Source of the DNA: an uncultured Nitrososphaerota archaeon
GTDB taxonomy: Archaea > Thermoproteota > Nitrososphaeria > Nitrososphaerales > Nitrosopumilaceae
Length of the DNA: 64,000 bases
NCBI GenBank assembly: GCA_963701075.1
Contig: OY969559.1
Span: 288,001 to 352,000, forward strand
Direction of reading: 5' to 3'
The position numbers were made by a program, and so were the translations under genes. Below, one piece after another: positions 27,731-38,713 of this stretch (positions within the stretch are counted from its first letter, which is position 1; each line of letters opens with the position of its first letter). The notes beneath the pieces are model-generated. The model had not been told where the DNA came from. It made no database searches and worked only from the letters and a program-made list of their open reading frames with translations.

Positions 27731-28525
27731 TTAAAATTTCTGGTTGGCTCTTGATCTTCTAAAAATTCCACCAACTATTGGATTTATCAGGTATGGAAAT
27801 GTCTGCTTGAACCATATTGCTATCCTTACAAATTGAGGAACCACAATCTCAAGTCTAGGCGAAGATGCAGCTCTTACAACAGCTTTTGCTACAGTATTTG
27901 CGCTAAGAGCGACGGTATATCGTGGCATTTTATTAAATGAATTATGATTGAAGAAGTTAGTTCGTACCATTATTGGGCTTACGACTGTTATTCCTACACC
28001 ACTTCCTTTCAGTTCATGATATAGCGATTCTGAAAAACCCAACATTGCAAACTTGGATGCACAATAACCCACCATTCCAGGAATGCCAAAACTTGCAGCG
28101 ACTGAAGCCACGTTCACTATATGACCAGATTTCTGTTCTAGCATTTTTGGCAAAAAAGTCTTGGTGCAATATACCATACCTAGATAATTTGTTCCCATCT
28201 GCGATTCTATTTCTTCTACTTTTAGATCATTGAAATTACCATAAATTCCAAAGCCTGCATTATTTACAAGTACATCAATGGTGCCAAATTTTTCCAAAAC
28301 TTTCTTGTTCATTTGATTTACTTGGTCCTTTTGAGATACATCGCAAGAGCACACAAGAATTTGAGTTTGATACTTGGAGAGTTCTTTTGCAACTTCCTCA
28401 AGCTTGTTCGTGTCCCTTGAAACAAGCACAACAGAAGCGCGTAATTTAGCAAATTCTAGAGCAGATTCTTTTCCAATACCACTTGATGCACCAGTGATTA
28501 CGACTATTTTTCCTGAGTAATCCAT
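27731..28525 (-). CDS. Short-chain dehydrogenase/reductase
   Basis: TGASSGIG; NNAG; YCASK. Confidence 0.93.
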   Translation of the reverse strand: MDYSGKIVVITGASSGIGKESALEFAKLRASVVLVSRDTNKLEEVAKELSKYQTQILVCSCDVSQKDQVNQMNKKVLEKFGTIDVLVNNAGFGIYGNFNDLKVEEIESQMGTNYLGMVYCTKTFLPKMLEQKSGHIVNVASVAASFGIPGMVGYCASKFAMLGFSESLYHELKGSGVGITVVSPIMVRTNFFNHNSFNKMPRYTVALSANTVAKAVVRAASSPRLEIVVPQFVRIAIWFKQTFPYLINPIVGGIFRRSRANQKF

Positions 28526-28561
28526 AATAAAAAAGTAAAGATGGTGAAGATAAAGTGCTTT

Positions 28562-29578
28562 CTATACAGCCTTTTGATTTTTGATACTTGGATAGACTAC
28601 CTTCATGAGAAATAGCCAACTTATGACTAGACCTACATGATAAGTTGCGATCCTCCAAGCTATGATGATATTCCACTGAAGGCTGTTCTTTGCAGCTTCA
28701 TACGTTAATGTATTCAGATGCCCAAGGTAGGCCCATATAGCAAACTCGGTCAGACCAGAACCACCAATAGTTATGGGGAGATTTCCTATCGCATTTGCGG
28801 CCATTGTAGCCATTAGAGAATGGAAAAAGTCTGTGACATAACCTGCCCCATTTGCAATTATCATAAATGAAAGTCCATAAAATGACCAAGTAAATACCGA
28901 GATTATCATTGATACTACAAAGGCTTTTTTCATTTGTTGATTGTGTCGTGTTTCCCTACTCATATCACAAATTTCTTTCATCCAAAGGTTTGTCTTTTCA
29001 ATATATTGCAAAGAACGGCCTTTTCCCACTCTTGCAGCAACTTTTGAAATCCATCTTGGTACCTGAAATGTTCTTTTAGACGATAAGAAAAATAGCGAGG
29101 CCCAAACCCCGGTTATGGGCAAACTAACTGCAAGTATAGCTATACCTACTACATATGCTCCATAGGCAAAGGAAAAGGCCGCAGCAGTAATAGCAAATAT
29201 TCCGGATACCAAAACCTCTGTTACGATCTCTACAATTGTAACATAGGATGCTTTTCCAACTGGTACTCCTTTCTTACTTAACCACATAATTCTTACCAAC
29301 TCGCCCCCGACAAAAGATGGGGTTGTTGATGTAACAAACTCACTTCCAATCCTTACCGAAATTGTTCTCCAGCTTACATCGATGGGTCCTAAAAATTTCC
29401 TAACTAAATAATTGAATTTCAAACCTTGAGTGAATAGCTTGCAGGCCATAGCAAATGCGGCTCCAATAAATGGTACCATGCCTACCGCAAGCAGATTTGC
29501 AAGACTAACATTAAACGTAGCAGCAATAATCAGAAAGGGTATTACACTTACAGGCAGTGCCAATAGCTTCCAATTCAT
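28562..29578 (-). CDS. Lysylphosphatidylglycerol synthase TM / UPF0104 flippase-like protein
   Basis: TTPSFVGGE; PITIGGSGLTE; WRIATY; multiple TM helices. Confidence 0.85.
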   Translation of the reverse strand: MNWKLLALPVSVIPFLIIAATFNVSLANLLAVGMVPFIGAAFAMACKLFTQGLKFNYLVRKFLGPIDVSWRTISVRIGSEFVTSTTPSFVGGELVRIMWLSKKGVPVGKASYVTIVEIVTEVLVSGIFAITAAAFSFAYGAYVVGIAILAVSLPITGVWASLFFLSSKRTFQVPRWISKVAARVGKGRSLQYIEKTNLWMKEICDMSRETRHNQQMKKAFVVSMIISVFTWSFYGLSFMIIANGAGYVTDFFHSLMATMAANAIGNLPITIGGSGLTEFAIWAYLGHLNTLTYEAAKNSLQWNIIIAWRIATYHVGLVISWLFLMKVVYPSIKNQKAV

Positions 29579-29634
29579 CGCATGCTCTACTCATGGATGG
29601 AAATATAAGCTCAACATAAAATAGTTGATCAAAA

Positions 29635-30399
29635 ATGAAAGTGATTTTTCTTGTAGGAACTGCAGGATCTGGTAAATCTCTACTGGCTTCAAAAATTCTT
29701 GATTATTATACTAGAAATAACCACTTTGTTGGAATGTTAAATTTGGATCCCGGAGTAGAAAATCTTCCATACACATGCGATGTAGATGTGAGAGATTATG
29801 TGGACATGGTATCAATAATGAGACAGTATGACCTAGGTCCAAACGGAGCCATGATCATGGCAAATGATCTAGTTGCTTCCAAGATTGATGAATTACAACG
29901 TGATCTTGATAACGTAAATCCAGATTATTTAATAGTGGATACCCCGGGTCAGATTGAATTATTTGCATACAGAGCTAGCGGGCTCTTTTTTGTGCAAAAC
30001 CTAAATGCGGAGCAAAAGACCTCGGTGTTTCTTCATGACGGCTCTCTCATTACAACAGCAGTTAATTTTGTATCAATAGCATTACTTGCAACATCTGTTA
30101 AACTGAGATTAGGTTTACCCCAAGTAAATGTGATAACAAAAGTAGATCTTATAGAAGACAAAATTAAAGACATACTAAAATGGTCTTCAAACATGGCAAG
30201 TCTTGAAGAAGCCATTGCAAAAGAATCAGATGGCGAGAGTTATACCCTTGCTTCAAGTCTTTTGAGGAGTATGAATTTAGGAGGATTTGCCCAAGGGTTG
30301 ATTCCAATTTCAAACGCTACAGGAGATGGCATGATTAACCTTCATGCAGCGTTGAGCAGAATTCTTAACATGGGAGAAGAGATGGAAGATTATGGTTGA
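29635..30399 (+). CDS. GPN-loop GTPase
   Basis: GTAGSGKS; NLDPG; LGPNGA; DTPGQIELF. Confidence 0.95.
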   Translation: MKVIFLVGTAGSGKSLLASKILDYYTRNNHFVGMLNLDPGVENLPYTCDVDVRDYVDMVSIMRQYDLGPNGAMIMANDLVASKIDELQRDLDNVNPDYLIVDTPGQIELFAYRASGLFFVQNLNAEQKTSVFLHDGSLITTAVNFVSIALLATSVKLRLGLPQVNVITKVDLIEDKIKDILKWSSNMASLEEAIAKESDGESYTLASSLLRSMNLGGFAQGLIPISNATGDGMINLHAALSRILNMGEEMEDYG

Positions 30400-31309
30400 A
30401 AGCGTAACTGTAAAAGCTCCATGTTCTACTGCGAATCTTGGTCCAGGGTTTGATGTTTTTGGACTAGCATTGGATGCATATTATGATCAAGTCCAGTTAA
30501 AAAAGGAAGGCAAGGGAATCAAAATTCAAAGTCTTGATCCTGTTCCCATTGAACCAGAAAAAAATTCTGCAGGCATTGTAGTAAAAGAGATGGCTAGAAA
30601 ATTTAAAATAAAAACTGGCCTAGTTTTGAGAATTAAGAAGGGTGTGCCAACAGGCTTTGGAATGGGTAGCAGTGCAGCCTCAGCAGCTGCTGCAGCGGTT
30701 GCCTTTGATGCTTTGTTCAGATTGAAACTTGATGGAAATAACTTGGTCAAATATGCAGGGCTAGGCGAGATGGCTAGTGCAGGGTCAGTTCATTATGATA
30801 ATGTTGCTGCATCAGTTCTAGGGGGATTTGTCATAGTAAGAACAGATCCGTTTAATGTAATAAAGATCGATCCTCCCAAAGACTTGGTTCTTTGTGTGGC
30901 AATTCCAAAAATTCACGTACCCAAAAAAAAGACAGAAGTATCAAGAAAAGTTCTTCCAAAACAAGTAAAACTCTCAGATCATGTCAAGAATCTCTCAAAC
31001 GCATCGGCATTAACTGCCGGATTTATGAGAAAAGATGTTAAATTGATAGGTAGTTCCATAAATGACATAATAGTGGAACCGGCAAGAAAGCATCTGATTC
31101 CAGGTTTTGATAAAGTAAAGAATAATGCCCTAGATGCAGGTGCTATTGGAGTAACAATTAGTGGGGCTGGACCGTCAGTAATTGCTTTTACATCAATATC
31201 CAGCAATCCTAGAAAGATATTGAACTCCATGAAAAAGGGATTTGCTTCAGCCAAGACAGATTGTACAGTGGTAATATGCAAACCAAGCAGAGGAGCTACT
31301 GTTATCTAG
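30392..31309 (+). CDS. thrB: Homoserine kinase
   Basis: STANLGPGFD; GMGSSAAS; HYDNVAA; ISGAGPS. Confidence 0.95.
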   Translation: MVESVTVKAPCSTANLGPGFDVFGLALDAYYDQVQLKKEGKGIKIQSLDPVPIEPEKNSAGIVVKEMARKFKIKTGLVLRIKKGVPTGFGMGSSAASAAAAAVAFDALFRLKLDGNNLVKYAGLGEMASAGSVHYDNVAASVLGGFVIVRTDPFNVIKIDPPKDLVLCVAIPKIHVPKKKTEVSRKVLPKQVKLSDHVKNLSNASALTAGFMRKDVKLIGSSINDIIVEPARKHLIPGFDKVKNNALDAGAIGVTISGAGPSVIAFTSISSNPRKILNSMKKGFASAKTDCTVVICKPSRGATVI

Positions 31310-32062
31310 TTATTTTTTATGTAGAAAAGAATTCATCCTATCTTCTCTTTCCTTGGTTGAAAAACAAAGAGACCATGAATAAATTTCGAGCTTGAGCCCA
31401 GTATCTAAACTTGCATCCATTCCCTTATTAACAAGCATTTTAGATATACCAACTGCAAAGTTACTGTTTTTTGCAACACTTTCAGCGTAAGATTTAGTTT
31501 CGGAAAGTAGAGTTTCAGATGGAAAAACTTTGTTAACTAGACCCATTGACAGTGCTTCCTCTGCACTGATTCGTCTACCTGAGAAAATCAAGTCTTTTGC
31601 TCTTGCAGGACCAACAATTCGCAATAACCTTTGCGTACCACCCCATCCCGGGCAGATACCTAATGTTACTTCTGGTTGGCCTAGTTGTGCATTTGGTGAT
31701 GCAAACCTAAGATCACAAGAGAGTGCCAGCTCACAGCCACCTCCAAGTGCATAACCGTTTATTGCAGCTATTACTGGTTTTTCCAATTTTTCTATCTTGT
31801 TTAGAACCTCATGTCCCCTGAGTGCATATTTTTCTGCTTCTGTAGGCCCAATCTTGCTCATGTATTCAATATCTGCACCTGCAGAGAATGCTTTTTGTCC
31901 GGCTCCTGTAATTATGATCACTTTTGAGGAGTCTTTCTCCAATTCATCTAAAACCGAAATAAACTCATTCATGACTTCAAGACTCATCGCGTTTAGCTTA
32001 TCTGCTCTATCTATCGTAATTTGGACAATGTCATTCTCTTTTTCTACCTTGAGATACTGCAT
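31310..32062 (-). CDS. Enoyl-CoA hydratase/crotonase (3HP/4HB-cycle type or a paralogue)
   Basis: AFSAGADI; ALGGGCEL; GQPEV; PGWGGTQRL. Confidence 0.9.
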   Translation of the reverse strand: MQYLKVEKENDIVQITIDRADKLNAMSLEVMNEFISVLDELEKDSSKVIIITGAGQKAFSAGADIEYMSKIGPTEAEKYALRGHEVLNKIEKLEKPVIAAINGYALGGGCELALSCDLRFASPNAQLGQPEVTLGICPGWGGTQRLLRIVGPARAKDLIFSGRRISAEEALSMGLVNKVFPSETLLSETKSYAESVAKNSNFAVGISKMLVNKGMDASLDTGLKLEIYSWSLCFSTKEREDRMNSFLHKK

Positions 32063-32151
32063 ATCAAAACATCATGAATCTCCAAATTAAACTTTAGAAC
32101 TGAAAGAAAATAGAAACTGAGTTATACCTCACTTCGTACAATTGAGCTGCT

Positions 32152-32979
32152 TTGAATTCGTTGGGCTTACTATCTGCTGTTGGTGCAGCCATATGTTGGG
32201 GAAGTTTTTTTGTTCCCATTAGAAAAGTTAGAGTTACAGACATCTGGCAATTGCAGGGTGCTACTGGCATAGGTGTCATCCTATTTGCTATTCCAATTGG
32301 CTTTTTATGGGGGTTCCAAGTTTTGCCAGCAGGATTACTAAGTGGGGCAATATGGACAGCTGGAAATGTACTTGCTCTTTATTCTGTTAGATTGATTGGT
32401 CTTTCTAGGACATCTCCATTTCTTGCAGGTTTTAGCATTCTCGTATCATTCTTGTGGGGGATTTTGTATTTTGATGAGAAATTCAACTACATGGTTCTTG
32501 CCATTATTGCAGTGGGATTGTTGCTTGGCGGATTGATTTTTATCTCAAATACATCAAAGAACCAACCCGTACGGAAGAAGGGATATCTCATTGCAGTGGC
32601 TTCAGGATTGGTAGGAGGCTCTTACGTTATTCCTCTTCAAGCTACTCATTCACTTCAAGCCGGATTCTTTTCATCTAGCCTTTCCATCTTTGCAATTGGC
32701 ATACCATTGTTATTACTTTCAAGAAAATTTGCAAAAAGAGAAATGATGGCAGGAGTTCTTTCTGGAGGTTTATTCAACATAGGAAGCTTATCGGTCTTGA
32801 TAGCCGTTGGATTGATTGGAATTACTGTAGCCTATCCCATATCACAGACAGCTACGCTATTTGCAATCTCTTGGGGAGTTTTGTATTTTAGGGAAATTGT
32901 TCATAGAGAGAGCATATTCAGAGTCATTACTGGCGCTGGCCTAATATTGTGTGGAGCTGCATTGATCACAATTGCCTAG
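32152..32979 (+). CDS. DMT superfamily transporter (GRP/GlcU-like)
   Basis: About ten TM helices; WGSFFVP; two LWG/SWGVLYF(R/D)E repeats. Confidence 0.8.
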   Translation: MNSLGLLSAVGAAICWGSFFVPIRKVRVTDIWQLQGATGIGVILFAIPIGFLWGFQVLPAGLLSGAIWTAGNVLALYSVRLIGLSRTSPFLAGFSILVSFLWGILYFDEKFNYMVLAIIAVGLLLGGLIFISNTSKNQPVRKKGYLIAVASGLVGGSYVIPLQATHSLQAGFFSSSLSIFAIGIPLLLLSRKFAKREMMAGVLSGGLFNIGSLSVLIAVGLIGITVAYPISQTATLFAISWGVLYFREIVHRESIFRVITGAGLILCGAALITIA

Positions 32980-33017
32980 TCAAGCATTTTATTTGGTCAA
33001 AAATTACCGTATTCAAA

Positions 33018-33692
33018 TTGAAAGCAATTGTAGTATTTAGTGGTGGAATAGACTCTGTATGCACTGCCATCTATTTGCGTAAACGTTATGACATTTACGG
33101 GATCACTTTTTCATATGGTCAAAAGGCTGATCAGGAAATAAGTGCGGCAAAGCATTTTTCTAAAGTACTGAAATTTCGGGAGCATAAGATAATTGATATA
33201 GAATTCATGAAAGGATTGTATGAAAAGACAAATGCCTTGACATATTCAAAAATGAACATACCATCCAAGTTCGACTATTCGATAGTTGTTCCAATAAGAA
33301 ATGCTGTCTTTCTTTCCATAGCATCTGCTTGGGCGTTTTCAAAAAATGCTAATCTAGTGGCCTATGGAGCTCACAAAGACAATCAGCTGTATCCAGATTG
33401 TAGACCCAAATTTTCCAGATTACTTGCAGATGCACTTAATGAAGGAGAGATTGATGGCATAAGAAAAGGTTTGAGAAAGAAGATTAGAATATGGAGCCCG
33501 TTTATCGGAGGCCTTTCTAAGAGTAATCTTCTCAAGATAGGTCATGGTTTGCTTGGGGATGACATATTCAAAACTTGGAGTTGCTATTCTCAATCAAAAA
33601 TACACTGTGGAAAATGTGAATCCTGCAATAATAGAAAGATGGCTTTTCGTCAGGCAAACATGATAGATAGAACTAGATACAAAATCAACTAG
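33018..33692 (+). CDS. queC: 7-cyano-7-deazaguanine synthase
   Basis: VFSGGIDS; VPIRN; YPDCR; TWSCY; HCGKCESC. Confidence 0.95.
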   Translation: MKAIVVFSGGIDSVCTAIYLRKRYDIYGITFSYGQKADQEISAAKHFSKVLKFREHKIIDIEFMKGLYEKTNALTYSKMNIPSKFDYSIVVPIRNAVFLSIASAWAFSKNANLVAYGAHKDNQLYPDCRPKFSRLLADALNEGEIDGIRKGLRKKIRIWSPFIGGLSKSNLLKIGHGLLGDDIFKTWSCYSQSKIHCGKCESCNNRKMAFRQANMIDRTRYKIN

Positions 33693-33693
33693 T

Positions 33694-33945
33694 CTAGATT
33701 TTTAGTGCTGGTCTTTTTAAAAGGAGCGGACGCACGATAAGGTAGTATAATGGATATGGTACGCCGACAAGACCCCAAAAGATCCAATTAGTCATGGATT
33801 CATCAAAACCTAATTTTTTAAAATAATCCATTGAATTTGCTGCAAGTAGCATTCCAACTGCCATTATGATGAAGAACTCTACTGCATACCATGCAAAGGC
33901 TGGCCAAGAGTCTTTTGGAATAAAGATATTGTTATGTACAACCAC
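33694..33945 (-). CDS. Small 2-TM membrane protein
   Basis: Two hydrophobic helices; co-oriented with folE. Confidence 0.7.
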   Translation of the reverse strand: MVVHNNIFIPKDSWPAFAWYAVEFFIIMAVGMLLAANSMDYFKKLGFDESMTNWIFWGLVGVPYPLYYLIVRPLLLKRPALKI

Positions 33946-33984
33946 GTTTGTTGTGAATTAGATGTTATTATTTAGTTTTTCAGA

Positions 33985-34548
33985 TTAGACGATATTTGGT
34001 CTGGATCTACCGCTATAAATTAAACTTAGAACATCAGTTCTTGCTTCTTTTGTATCATAAACGCCTCTTGAGGCAATAGTTGTAACCGTAGAGTCATTTC
34101 GTACGCCACGCATTTTCATGCAAAGGTGTTCTCCTTCTGCTATCACTAATACCCCCTTTACTCCTTCAGAATGCAATTCATCTGCGATATTTTTTGTAAT
34201 TCTCTCTTGGATTTGCAGTCTAGCTGAGTATTTTTCTACAAGACGAACTAACTTTGATATGCCAAATACCTTACCGTTTGGAGCATATGCTATTGTAATC
34301 TTACCAAAGAATGGCAACATGTGGTGTTCACACATTGAGTAAAATTGTATATCTTTTGCTATAACCACGTCAGAATCTTCGGAGAATTTAACTGAGAGTT
34401 CTGACTCTGCATCATATCCTTTGAAGATCTCTTCATACATGTCTGCGATTCTGCTTGGAGTGTCCACTAGACCCTCTCTTGTCGGATCTTCGCCTATCTC
34501 GGCAATCAATTCTCGAATTAGTTTTTTTACTCTCTCTTTGTTCATCAT
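33985..34548 (-). CDS. folE: GTP cyclohydrolase I
   Basis: SMCEHHMLPFFG; RLQIQERIT; HLCMKMRG. Confidence 0.95.
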   Translation of the reverse strand: MMNKERVKKLIRELIAEIGEDPTREGLVDTPSRIADMYEEIFKGYDAESELSVKFSEDSDVVIAKDIQFYSMCEHHMLPFFGKITIAYAPNGKVFGISKLVRLVEKYSARLQIQERITKNIADELHSEGVKGVLVIAEGEHLCMKMRGVRNDSTVTTIASRGVYDTKEARTDVLSLIYSGRSRPNIV

Positions 34549-35258
34549 GGCGCTCCTATGAATTTGTGTAACTGAGGTATGATACGTACTTCTTCATAAT
34601 AAACGTGAACCGCGTCATAGAAGTCTAGAAGTTGCTTCAAATCTGGCTCTTCCATACCATACGTGGGCTGTATTATAAATCCTGCAACTTTGGACTTTGA
34701 TGTGATATCAAAAATGTTCTTGAGAAGCTGTCTGAAGTGTTCGATCTTGGTTCTTGAGCTCACAACTATTTTGATGTAAGTCACTTTACCAGAATCGATG
34801 GCAAGTTTCAAACATTGTAATTCATTTTCTAAAAGTTTAGAATAATGATCTTCATCTACAAATTCAGAATCAAGAGTTTTGAACTCAATTTTGATGTAGT
34901 CAAAGTAGGGTAAAACTTGGCCAAATCTCACAGAATCAAAACAAGATGACTCTAGGTAGGTTGGAATTTTCTTTTGTTGTACAAATTTTGCCAATTCAGA
35001 TACCGCTTCAGATTGGATAAGCGGATCTCCCCCAGTAAAATTTACTTTGTATGTATTTTTTGCCAGACTGTTTTCAATTAGCTTTTTTGCCTCATCCAAC
35101 GAATATTCTCTTCCTGATGTCATAGGTAATGCTTCTTTTGTATCACAGTAGAAACATTTGAAAGGGCACCCTGCTAGCCTAACAAAAAGCGTCTTGGTAC
35201 CATAGAGAATTCCTTCTCCTTCCACTGATGTGAATATTTCGTACAGTCTTACCTTCAA
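34545..35258 (-). CDS. queE: 7-carboxy-7-deazaguanine synthase (radical SAM)
   Basis: EIFTSVEGEG; CPFKCFYCDT; IPQLHK. Confidence 0.93.
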   Translation of the reverse strand: MKVRLYEIFTSVEGEGILYGTKTLFVRLAGCPFKCFYCDTKEALPMTSGREYSLDEAKKLIENSLAKNTYKVNFTGGDPLIQSEAVSELAKFVQQKKIPTYLESSCFDSVRFGQVLPYFDYIKIEFKTLDSEFVDEDHYSKLLENELQCLKLAIDSGKVTYIKIVVSSRTKIEHFRQLLKNIFDITSKSKVAGFIIQPTYGMEEPDLKQLLDFYDAVHVYYEEVRIIPQLHKFIGAP

Positions 35259-35356
35259 GTATTCGATCTCTGTTTGTTCAGTATTTATTTAATTGGATTC
35301 CATAATGAACAATTTTTACCAAAATGATTTATTTGATTAGAGAGAGGGATCACACA

Positions 35357-37811
35357 GTGAGAAAAATAATTCTCCTGTTCATATTTGCAATTTCAATAAT
35401 TTTTATCACTTACCAACAGGCAAGTGCCATAACCATCACTACAACTCCCATAAATATCACTGCAACTCCCCGGACTCCTGTTTTTGGTCCAAATGACCCG
35501 ATATTTGTGAATCTTAAAATTCAAGGATATAATGGAGGTCCAGTAGCTCTGGATAGCCCATAGGCCAAATAATTCCACAATATCAGGTAATCTTACCCAG
35601 ATAAGAGGAGATGGATCTGCTGTACATGAAATAGTAAGAAATGCTTTTGACAATTATTTTGGAAATTGGTCGATTGATTACACATACGACGGCGTAAATC
35701 AAACAGCTAGTTTCAAGGTAAATCCAATCGTGTTAACTGTTTTCACTGGAAAGGATCTCTATTATGAACCAGATATGATGAACATTAACATCACCACTTC
35801 ATATTACGTACCAGCTGTACAGCAAGCAGAATTTTTCTATCTAAATTTTTATGACCAAAAGGGAAATATTGTAAAGGACATACCTCAGATCGAAATAAGA
35901 GCAACTCAGCCTAGCATAATTTACAATTTTCATATGACAGAACTTGCAGATTACCATCCACCTGGACTGTACAAGCTAAATATTCAGTATTATAACACGG
36001 TGGTCCAAGTACCATTTCTTTTGGGTAAATATTCTGATCTCATGAAAGTATCCGCACAGACAGACAAGAGTACCTATCAAGTAGGTGATGTTGTTAATAT
36101 GGAATTATTATTCACTAGGGTTACACAGTCTGGAGGCACAATAACAATAACAGGTCCTTCTGGAGATGTCACTACTCACAAGTTTCGTGTATATTCTGTA
36201 CACACCCCTCTAGTTTTAGATAATGTAACAAAGAATATTGGAACATACAATTATGTAGTCCAGTACGGAGGCGTTAGTCAATCAGGCTCGTTCAGTGTCA
36301 TTGCAAATCCAGCACCGCTACCAAATATAGAATTTGATGTATTTCTTGACAAGTTAAACTACAGGCCAGGGGATATTATTCATGTAAAGATTCACACCTC
36401 TCAGGTCATCACAAATTCGACAAGCCTTTGGGTTATAGATCCGTACTCTATAGAATATCCAAGATTATCTTTGCCAATAACTGCAATTGATACAATATTG
36501 TCACATAAGATAGGTAAGAATGCTATTTCTGGTCAATGGGAACTTTACATAGATTATGATGGAATAGTCAGATCTACTCCTTATTTTGTTAGTGGTCCCT
36601 CAGTGGATAATATAGAAATGCTCAATGCAAATCATTCTGGTGTACCTGTTTTTGTATCAAACTTTGCAACAAACTTTACTGCTCCAACCGGAATAGCTAT
36701 TGATTCTAATGGTGACATTTATGTTGTAGATTCTGGAAGCTCCCAAGTAAAAAAATTCGATTCTAATGGAAAATTGTTGTTATCATGGGGAAGTCTAGGA
36801 TCAGGGAATGGTCAACTATTACATCCACATGGAATATTTGTTGGAACAAAATACGTCTTTGTTGCCGATACAGGAAACGCAAGAATAGATGTGTTTGATA
36901 AAGATAATGGAGATTTTATTTATTCTTGGGGGAGTTATGGCGATAACAGAGGAATGTTTCATACTCCAGTTGGGCTTGCTGCAGACAGTCAAGGAGATCT
37001 TCTCGTTGCAGATTCAGGAAGAAACACGATTCAAGAATTTAATAAAAATTTTACTTTCATGAATGAATTCAAGCCTTTACGTACAGACTATGGTAATTTT
37101 ACAGCAACTAATGGAATAGCGCTTGATTCCAAAGGCAATATCTATGTATCTTCGCCAGATGACAAGATTCTAGAATTCTCAAGCATTGGTAATTTCATGA
37201 ACTTCTTTGGTTCTCAAGGCTCAGAAGAGGGGAGATTCAACAACCCTACAGCAATAGCAATAGACTCGAATGGTAACTTTTACGTTGCGGATACTTTGAA
37301 CCACCGCATTCAAAAATTTGATCCTTATGGAAATTTTGTTTTGAGTTGGGGATTGGTAGGAACTTCAGCAGGTCAATTTGGGGACCCTGTTGGACTTGCA
37401 ATAGACCAGTCAAATAGTATCTATGTGGTAGACGAGAAAAACAATAACATTCAGAAATTTTGGTTATATGGAATGGCTTCCCCGGCAATACCTGCACCAA
37501 CACCATCAACTCAGCCTACACCAACACCTCCATCTCCACCTACAAACTCAACTGTACCCATTACACCACCCACACCAGCTGTCAACTCAACTGTACCCAT
37601 TACACCATCAACTCAGCCTACACCAACACCTCCATCTCCACCTACAAACTCAACTGTACCCATTACACCATCAACTCAACCTACACCAACACCACAACCA
37701 ATCCCGCAGACATCAGAAGAAACCAAAGGTTCAAACGAATATGTCGATCCAAAAGAAAGGAGTTTGGTGCTTGGAATGATCAGTCAATGGGAGAAGAACA
37801 ATTTACATTAA
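35357..37811 (+). CDS. Secreted protein: Ig-like domains, NHL beta-propeller and Pro/Thr tail; +1 frameshift near 35549
   Basis: The signal-peptide ORF 35324-35563 joins the 35730-37811 frame via WIAHRPNNST; NHL repeats PTGIAIDS..IYVVD..KFD. Confidence 0.85.
37500..37693 (+). repeat. 69-bp duplication (37500-37568 = 37602-37670) plus partial copies, encoding TPSTQPTPTPPSPPTNSTVPITP
   Basis: Direct sequence comparison. Confidence 0.9.
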
Positions 37812-37912
37812 AAGGAAAACCAATATGCACAGTGATTGGTTTATAGACAAACTCCAGATTCGATAGAACTCGGAATCTTATTAAATATCGACTTTATAGG
37901 TTGATGTAGGTA

Positions 37913-38656
37913 ATGAGTAGCTCAAATTTTGAGGAAACTGGCAGTGCGTTATTGTCATCAAAAGAATTAAGAAAAATATCAGATGATATGAAAAATGATC
38001 TGGAAGTTATAACCAAATTTATGGAAGATACAATAAAATACTCTGTAGAAGAAAAAACCAAGGCAGCTGCGCTCAAATCCATGGTAATTGAAAAGGAAGA
38101 CGAGGTAAGAAAAATATCAGAAGAAATTGCTTCTGGAGAAAAGAGAATAACCAATAACGAAAATATTATTGCTATGCTTGAAAAAGAATTGAATAACCTT
38201 AAAACCGCAATGGAAGGAATCAAAGCTATAACATCCGATCTCGATTCACTAGATGCGGAAAAGGCTGTTGGATCATTAAAAGGAACTCTGATAAAGAAAC
38301 AGACAGATCTTGAGAAAGCCAGAGGCGAGCTTAATTCATCAAGGAAACTCAAAGACCTTGCCACTAGAAGGCTTTCCGAGGCAGAAACATCACTTCAAGA
38401 TACAAAAAAACATTATTCAGAAAAAATGTCAAGTGCAGATCTACTTGCAGAGAATGTTGAAAAGTCCATTTCCCACATAGTACAAACATACGGTGATGTG
38501 ATGACTGTGGCAAAGGAGTTATTGATGGAAAATTTAGGATCACGATATTCAACTCAACCGGAAGTTGGCCTGAAACAACAAACAGTTGCTGGAACAACAG
38601 GAAGTGGATTCCAATCTAAAGACTCAGGAAAGGACAGAGAACCCCTTGCCATATAA
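37913..38656 (+). CDS. Coiled-coil protein
   Basis: 247-aa E/K-rich heptad pattern. Confidence 0.75.
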   Translation: MSSSNFEETGSALLSSKELRKISDDMKNDLEVITKFMEDTIKYSVEEKTKAAALKSMVIEKEDEVRKISEEIASGEKRITNNENIIAMLEKELNNLKTAMEGIKAITSDLDSLDAEKAVGSLKGTLIKKQTDLEKARGELNSSRKLKDLATRRLSEAETSLQDTKKHYSEKMSSADLLAENVEKSISHIVQTYGDVMTVAKELLMENLGSRYSTQPEVGLKQQTVAGTTGSGFQSKDSGKDREPLAI

Positions 38657-38713
38657 AAAACAGTCCAAGTTTTTTAAGTCAACAAAACACACCTTGTGTA
38701 AAAGATAAGACCT

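Noticed and set aside
37460-37846. His/Thr-rich overlapping ORFs (128 aa, 103 aa) and the many short antisense ORFs in the track
   Set aside because: Alternative frames of the Pro/Thr repeat or shadows of well-supported genes.
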